Shown in pieces: positions 60,101 through 64,000 of a DNA stretch of 64,000 bases; position 1 is the stretch's first letter, and each line of letters begins with the position of its first letter. The stretch is from a bacterium. GTDB taxonomy: Bacteria > Patescibacteriota > Patescibacteriia > Veblenbacterales > UBA10138. A program made the position numbers and the translations under genes. Location: the NCBI GenBank assembly GCA_020057885.1, contig JAGVEX010000019.1:84045-148044 (forward strand). The letters run 5' to 3'. The notes below the pieces were generated by a model. The model ran no database searches. It was not told where the DNA came from and saw only the letters and a list, made by a program, of their open reading frames with translations.

Positions 60101-62477
60101 CAGTGGTAGGAATAAAATTCATATCATCATTTGTAGGTAAACATTCAAGCCCGCCGCAGGTAGCTGAAGTTTGACAAATACTGCCGTTATTTATACCACC
60201 ACAACGCAAATTCTGGTTAAAGAAACTGGAATTTTGCTGATAATTGTTATAACCAATACATTCATTGGGGCAAGTGTTGCCTTTAATGGCTGGAATATTG
60301 GGTGAACCGTCGGCTGGCGTATAAAGTTCACAACCAACATCATCAACCCTACAAGAATTTAAATAATTTTTGCAAAGCGCTGAATCGTTAGTAATGTCCG
60401 CGTCATAACAATTTAAGAAACTAGGTGCCTCGCGCAAAGTAACAGCTTGTACTTTGGCATATTGTTCATATGAATCAGTGCTAGTGGCAGGTGTAACTCG
60501 AGCCACTACATCATTAGCCAAACATGCCACATCACTTGTACCGCAGGTAGTACCAACCAAGGTCGACATATTAAAATTACTCAAGCGCAAAAATTGCGTG
60601 CATCCTTCAGCGCTGGATTCGCAGGCGTATGTGCTAAAATCTTTCAAATAAATTTTATCGTCAGCATTATAACGGTTAACTGGTATACTGGCCGCAGAAT
60701 TATAAGATTTGGAATACCAACGGCAACCAATTGAATCACTGGTACAAATACTATTTTCTCCTACCAATGAATTTTGTAGATAAAAATTCGTATTGCCGCT
60801 ACGACTGGTAAATGCCTGACAAGTAGCATAAGGGGAATAACCTGAGCCCGCTGGAAATTCACAACTATCGCCACTGAAACGCCAAACATTTTTTTCTTTG
60901 GTACAATAACCCCAGGCCTGACAATTACCATTATCATCTTCAGCTACACAATTTTGCGTATCAACGCAAATTTCTTGCCTAGTGCCACCTTCAGATTGCA
61001 ACTGTTGGCCACTGGCCTGAATGCGACATTGTGACTGAGGAGCTTTTAATACCCAATTAGGATCAATTAGATGATAAAAAGGGCTACCTAAAACATTAAA
61101 TCCATCCATTACTTGTCGCAAAGTATAACTGGTGCCGGCAAATTGTTTAGCGGCCATTTCCCAGCCAATTGGAATGATTCGCGCCCGGCGTAATTTTTTT
61201 AAATCTGATTCATACCATTTACTAGGCTGACTTTCTTGCTCAGGATGATCTTTAGCAAACACCCAACTGCCGTTAATAAGTTTTTTATTTTGTACGGCGT
61301 CGGCCACAGTAAGCGGCTGACCCGACTCAGCTGAACGCAAAGCCTGCTCAAAACCATTATCAATAGTACAGTTATTAAGCTCAGCAAATTTTCGTGGGCT
61401 AGGACAATTTGAAAACTCGCTGATAACATCAATTTTATCCACACTCTTAAGAGTGGGAGTGGAAATTGAACTATTTATTTGCATGGCGTAATCCACGCCA
61501 CTAATACTGGTATTGTTTGCGATTGGTGAAAATGTGCCGCTGGGATTTTTAACATCTCCCTCTAAAAGCCGTTTCATTAAACGAGAAGCTAGGGTATTGG
61601 TAAAAACACCTAAGGCGTCGGCCACAACATCCCCGGTATAAGTATTAAAATCTTTTAGGGCCTCACCAACAGGCGTATCAACTAATAATTTTTCAACTTT
61701 AGCAGCAGGAGTTTTTATAAAACCGGTAATTGGTTCAGTAACAGCCCTTATGCCCCCATTCATGGTGTCGAGTGCTTTTTGAACGGCTTTTTGATCCTCG
61801 GCTCGTGTTAATAAATCTTGACGCAAACTCAAACTTACGCCCAATTCATTTTGCCGTGGATCTATAGCATAACCAAAAGCCTGTTGCGCCATGCGGGGAT
61901 TTTTTAAATACTGATCCCAAGCCGCGCCAATTTGTTTTAAATTACAACGTGGTCTAGTAGGTCGTATTTCTTCAAATAAAGCCGTGGTAATAATAAGGTT
62001 AGCAGTAAAACCTGGTGGCCTACATACATCCAAACTTAAATAACCGTTCTCGGTAGCTATGGTATCTATAAAGTCACCAGCCGCATCATTCCAAGCGTCA
62101 GTAGCTGATTTACCTAAATTTTTCCAAGTAAATAAAGGTGTTTGTCCTTTGCCACCAGAACCTATCATTACCGCGGCATCATAAGCAATGCGATTGGCAA
62201 ACATTTTAGCTGCATTTTTAAAAGCCACGGCCGCGCCATGTTCCCATACCCATTCTAAAGATTTTGTAAGCCAACCTTTAGCCGCCTCTGCCTGTTGTGC
62301 GACAATTTGTAGCTGGATTGCTGCTAAAACCCCTGGATCAGTTACTGCCCACTGTGCTTGAGCGGATTTAGGAGTAAAAAAAGAAACACCAACTGTAGTA
62401 AAAATAACACTCAAAAATATTCCAGTAGTTAAAACGCGGAATAAGCGTGGGTGTTTATTTTTTAACCAAGAAGACAT
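54171..62477 (-). CDS. Giant (2768 aa) cysteine-rich secreted or surface protein with an N-terminal signal anchor
   Basis: One uninterrupted ORF. The N-terminus has a hydrophobic signal ('LTTGIFLSVIFTTVGVSFF'). Several hundred Cys, Gly, Ser, Thr and Asn residues suggest disulfide-rich beta-structure. A heptad array lies just upstream. Confidence 0.7.
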   Translation of the reverse strand: MSSWLKNKHPRLFRVLTTGIFLSVIFTTVGVSFFTPKSAQAQWAVTDPGVLAAIQLQIVAQQAEAAKGWLTKSLEWVWEHGAAVAFKNAAKMFANRIAYDAAVMIGSGGKGQTPLFTWKNLGKSATDAWNDAAGDFIDTIATENGYLSLDVCRPPGFTANLIITTALFEEIRPTRPRCNLKQIGAAWDQYLKNPRMAQQAFGYAIDPRQNELGVSLSLRQDLLTRAEDQKAVQKALDTMNGGIRAVTEPITGFIKTPAAKVEKLLVDTPVGEALKDFNTYTGDVVADALGVFTNTLASRLMKRLLEGDVKNPSGTFSPIANNTSISGVDYAMQINSSISTPTLKSVDKIDVISEFSNCPSPRKFAELNNCTIDNGFEQALRSAESGQPLTVADAVQNKKLINGSWVFAKDHPEQESQPSKWYESDLKKLRRARIIPIGWEMAAKQFAGTSYTLRQVMDGFNVLGSPFYHLIDPNWVLKAPQSQCRIQASGQQLQSEGGTRQEICVDTQNCVAEDDNGNCQAWGYCTKEKNVWRFSGDSCEFPAGSGYSPYATCQAFTSRSGNTNFYLQNSLVGENSICTSDSIGCRWYSKSYNSAASIPVNRYNADDKIYLKDFSTYACESSAEGCTQFLRLSNFNMSTLVGTTCGTSDVACLANDVVARVTPATSTDSYEQYAKVQAVTLREAPSFLNCYDADITNDSALCKNYLNSCRVDDVGCELYTPADGSPNIPAIKGNTCPNECIGYNNYQQNSSFFNQNLRCGGINNGSICQTSATCGGLECLPTNDDMNFIPTTAKSCVAQAVGCEEFTNVQNEAKEYYAELRQCIKLDTGEDHIYYTWVGSNLSGYQLKTWQLKAEDPTMPNSAPTTTDNSNIGSECGNGITPPTDFPSNPDCKQFYDTTGGIHYRYWSKTITASASCANYRATSINQNDCEASGGTWDASAVPPACFYNAIPQEGVICSAQYVGCREYRGPTADNIRLVFPITTFGDNEAGFSTDTTPTGGFTPGSNSNESTSAFGHSLYSGAGNSTITKDISGKVAKSKLYFLNFWIKSTAATSTISASINTNPLASLGSLPISGEWQVYTLGPVQLTADVPASLALTISSPASFYIDNVSLREIGDTFFVRKDTWVTPSTCTASDLRCAAYTNRAGTKTTLTDFSKICKVEAVGCEALVNTQNSSSPKSTVVTLPDPPALNIPADQVIYRVYDAKKSCAASAKACQRVGEPKLDSSGNVQDWSDKFVKLNPDTLGDTGAGSLLCSRAQDKCEQFTDSNSVTHFFKDPGNGVCEYKQLDSLRGYDWYKKGTTELCDLLDNPSFEKVNDVGDNLIADGDFENITVWPANWYSISPTDWNLSLSSDLIRDSHNGVQSIKDEFAGGDDAVRQNFDVIIGQAYTARVWVKADTGIRRTLNISGCGVNVSDYTEEAGVWEKLQLSFKPTTRTCLLQLNTSAGGSAVAGTAYYDNVTVNLSDAFSGWNINGPSGEETESAIFTAHESVAGQYWGSNVLEIESGAKIYAGIWSNDVKIESSSTPRYFTVSAHIYVPDIPQNRNFTSWQLTQQAVPHYDYEPGYDNIITSTEKGKWVYKQALIKIDPGVTQLSVGLITNGGVEQPVGSGNMICTPETCSTNQVIYVDQFSLSESQVPLAYLCPADQVSCKAFHDPELTKQTYYYLDNSKLDKKCTGVSKKEGCLLFTDLSSSQLTSNAAATYASSTGQNDKLIAPISAPPNNANIILKVSRDRVCGEWLACQSESTRFVSSKASSICYALGKCDAWGTSGSGVSKCSHWLTPPEDPQPLTLTNYQARATDWSGMDYSGYSIPDKYSIELLTQKNYSTDPLTTNIRLTYINNKVKRCGGTGDECNLPIGSSASPCNTVTTCQYEDKGATGLGPLDDKKLLSDNNTVIKACRAYPEKDSPFPTVVVKNWTPACEGSNCLPVGTANYIAVAKNKDADYKDANNCQNGEDCECSYSKAIYSGGQTLYYGFDTTKLQSMFYTQNDIDANTNQPVEVKSKIKTDNSFIGMKGYCLEQDTSRSINSGTAKACLTWLPLDTAAGEISVYNYAPEAGYTGGEIFYCSESIGNKVGSRGENYTYHAANGALANCNVAYIDYTADWRCYEFQDVRYCTNDFTLQNSELGSNYFCNNKDKRIEAAGEDIVIFSRVAEVGEENFYKADIETIYLPFQLFGGWGINPNFTLTTNSQEEYGRFYLNKGNDWCAGVKCDMNQQCDFNFTELADRCAKLTSNNILPPNTLIDGTQHNLDVAMNIHSLTNFDYAVIKAVFDSNDKFLGYNVIYSDGSPGTGSFVINGRETYLREYCTEAVQVASSASNKVWTDRVLRNTVYQVAPKTELGFTQSRNPSPYGKLSQAVDSGTSMLIMSDKPGVNITSSSGDFSTFPQSFFCENGCGTGYGICLSGQSNGILTIGKQCNKSADCGDSSAPVCMGYFNKVCEVGGVSGVRTTQLCQVDNDCNSGDTCTGYQGLGWGTSGIVRVQQLFAKIFDVLTWNTSTSRFTSPALPDIDSSSGLPGSLCSPSTNPPCYYNVPLAPSIKQVVFELNGTSTIEGNTGFTLQTPGGSFNNGEVVLASPAPISTLFYAYNPNGEQMPLTDVWVNWGDGSVLAGASGKYKNHKHMCEPATVKAKMCTNLADLGKLCANDTQCSSILNACKEGDVANPRYNFGDSSQACVQDTASGSLGYFGFTKVYTCSSSSLSYNPNSLGANQGACEFTPAVLVKDNWDWCLGSTGAKWGTPDCISNSSNLSASGWLKFNGIIKVKP

Positions 62478-62485
62478 ACTATAGT

Positions 62486-62520
62486 TAAATCCTAAATCCT
62501 AAACTCTAATTTCTAAACAA
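62486..62520 (-). promoter_or_regulatory. Heptad array ending 10 nt before the giant-gene ATG (minus strand reads 'tagaaat tagagtt taggatt taggatt taactat')
   Basis: Same motif family as the arrays at 16238, 46061 and 46808. Confidence 0.45.
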
Positions 62521-62631
62521 TAAATGAATTAATTAATTTAAGTTTTAAATTATTATTTTGAATGCTGAACTGTGAAAGTTAAATTATTTGGATTTTGTTT
62601 GACGTTTGAGCTTTGAATTTTGATATTTATA

Positions 62632-63381
62632 CTACAACCCCAAGGTTTGTTTAACAATGTTTTTTACAGTATCATCATCAAATTCCTTTAATGTAGTGGC
62701 ATCAACCCCATTTTTAATTAATAACTGTCTTAATTCCGCGCCTGAAAGTTTTAGAATTGCTTGTTTTTGTTCTTGGGTTAATTGCACTGTAGCAGTAGGC
62801 GAAGTAGTACTATTGTCAGACCCACTAGTAACCGTTGGCGACTCATTGCCAGCCACTTCTTGATAAAGTTTTAACAAGGCGGCGTCGTCATACTTGGATA
62901 AAACTTCATCGGTAGCCCCATTAGTTTTTAAAAATTGCCTTATTTGCTCCACAGTCGGCTGATTAGTGGCGGTTGTTTCTCCAACGGCACTATTTATTTT
63001 AACCCCGCAGGTTTGGCCTTTAGCGCAAAGCGGATCGTTGCCCGTAGTTACTTCAACCTTGTCATCATAGCCATCGGAATCAGTATCTTTTAAATAAGGA
63101 CTGGTTTTGTAAATGTAAACTTCGTCATAATCAGACAAGCCGTCATTATCGGTATCTTTATTTTTAAGAGCTTCGGCTTCAGAGCCCTCAATGGTTGAAT
63201 TATTTACATTTTGTTCGCCTGTACTGGTATTAATTGATGAAGTATCGGTAAAAGGTAATTTAATTAAAGTGCGGATTTGCCAAACACCTAAAATTAAGGC
63301 TCCTATAGCAACCAACCCCAAAACAAAGTTAACACGCTCGTGGGAAGGGGCTGGCCTATCATCTCGAGGCGTGGTAGGCAT
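62632..63381 (-). CDS. Bitopic membrane protein with thrombospondin-type-3-like Ca-binding Asp repeats
   Basis: N-terminal transmembrane helix, then 'DTDNDGLSDYDEVYIYKTSPYLKDTDSDGYDD'. 249 aa. Confidence 0.4.
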   Translation of the reverse strand: MPTTPRDDRPAPSHERVNFVLGLVAIGALILGVWQIRTLIKLPFTDTSSINTSTGEQNVNNSTIEGSEAEALKNKDTDNDGLSDYDEVYIYKTSPYLKDTDSDGYDDKVEVTTGNDPLCAKGQTCGVKINSAVGETTATNQPTVEQIRQFLKTNGATDEVLSKYDDAALLKLYQEVAGNESPTVTSGSDNSTTSPTATVQLTQEQKQAILKLSGAELRQLLIKNGVDATTLKEFDDDTVKNIVKQTLGL

Positions 63382-63567
63382 ATTTAAAACAATAATTTAA
63401 CTGAAAATTGATAATTTATCTAAATCAATTATATCACAGAACGGGGTAATTGTCAAAGTTAAAAGCTTAAATTCTAATCTGAAGCGCAACGCTTTGAAAG
63501 GGATAGACTCGTTTACAATATATGCGCAAAAATCCAAAACCTGAATCACCTTAAATCACCAATCTTA

Positions 63568-63593
63568 CACTTTGTGACGGCCGCCAAAAAGTG
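63568..63593. repeat. GC-core palindrome P6 ('cactttgtgacggccgccaaaaagtg'). It is a single copy in a locus homologous to both flanks of cassette 1, a putative empty site.
   Basis: 63515-63593 matches 40464-40537. 63594-63660 matches 41231-41300. No ORF lies between them. Confidence 0.5.
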
Positions 63594-63702
63594 TAAGATT
63601 TAAATTAAAATAAATTGTTTAAACTAAAATCATAATAGCTATTACGGCGCCAACTACTAATGAAGACTTTGTTGGCTTATCAACTCAGGATGAATTGCCT
63701 TA

Positions 63703-63738
63703 GTACGGATTTATGTCCAGCTGGACATAAATCCGTAC
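63703..63738. repeat. GC-core palindrome P7 (36-bp perfect: 'gtacggatttatgtccagctggacataaatccgtac')
   Basis: Perfect palindrome with a 'gtccagctggac' core. Confidence 0.5.
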
Positions 63739-63799
63739 ACTATATATACGATCCTAAATCAAATACATAGTAGTTATCGCTACAACTACTGAGGATAAA

Positions 63800-64000
63800 C
63801 TAATTTTTGATTAAGTCTTTTAGTGTCCTGGTTAGACTTATCCATTGGTCTAGAGATAACTCCTGGGCCCGCATTTTTAAATTTAAGCCAAGACTACCCA
63901 TAATTTTTTCAAGCTCGGAACGCTCAAGTTTTAAAACCGAATTTAAATTATTAATTAATACCTTACGTCGCGAGGCAAAACCAACGCGCGCCAAACGCCA
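63800..64000 (-). CDS. rsmA: 16S rRNA (adenine1518-N6/adenine1519-N6)-dimethyltransferase RsmA/KsgA, C-terminal part (the N-terminus lies beyond the window end)
   Basis: 'FASRRKVLINNL...LNLKMRAQELSLDQWISL' matches the KsgA C-terminal domain ('QRRK', 'RaEqLs'). Confidence 0.5.
   Translation of the reverse strand, partial: WRLARVGFASRRKVLINNLNSVLKLERSELEKIMGSLGLNLKMRAQELSLDQWISLTRTLKDLIKN

Noticed and set aside
36369-63400. Whole accessory cluster as an integrative conjugative element
   Set aside because: No integrase, relaxase, VirD4 or att duplication is visible inside the window. It is kept as a secretion-like cluster only.

Overview
This is an AT-rich, Shine-Dalgarno-poor bacterial chromosome segment. 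Its overall look (small genes, many membrane or secreted proteins, frequent leaderless-looking starts) suggests a reduced-genome Patescibacteria/CPR-type organism, but that is inference only.

Positions 1 to about 36,000 carry mostly housekeeping and DNA-repair genes: a membrane H+-pyrophosphatase gene (frameshifted, truncated at the window edge), an O-antigen-ligase-like membrane protein, uvrA, uvrC, a UvrD/PcrA helicase, secG, an orphan family-5 solute-binding protein, tRNA-Leu, RNase J, trpS, a 2-hydroxyacid dehydrogenase, murI, a phosphohexomutase, glyA-folD next to a divergent TrpR-like regulator, a riboflavin-kinase domain protein, tRNA-Arg, recG, mpg and radA. An IS30-family element sits inside an IS481-family transposase gene at 17.5-19.7 kb.

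Positions 36,400 to 63,400 form an almost entirely minus-strand accessory cluster. It encodes:
- a VirB4-like ATPase split into two ORFs;
- a PrgI/VirB3-like small membrane protein;
- a VirB6/TrbL-like polytopic protein with a long charged tail;
- two paralogous cysteine-rich secreted proteins with a near-identical VirB2/TrbC-like double-transmembrane core;
- a DsbA-like oxidoreductase;
- a TolB-like propeller protein;
- an AbiEii-type toxin module;
- a four-helix-bundle (23S rRNA-IVS family) protein;
- a 2768-aa cysteine-rich giant secreted protein.

Two plus-strand cassettes interrupt this cluster. Each encodes a roughly 182-aa protein with a winged-helix N-terminal half and a Cas2-like C-terminal motif (PaaX-like). 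Each cassette is bracketed by GC-core palindromes, and these palindromes belong to a seven-member family in the window. One locus, at 63.5 kb, looks like the matching empty site.

The spacers in this cluster are built from 7-nt periodic repeats. Several gene starts carry 'TAGGATT' arrays immediately upstream, and several intercistronic spacers carry 'GAATCAC/TTCGTGA' hairpin-forming heptads.

No CRISPR array and no rRNA were found.

Every family assignment comes from motif recognition by eye. No database search, fold prediction, GC calculation or repeat count was run.
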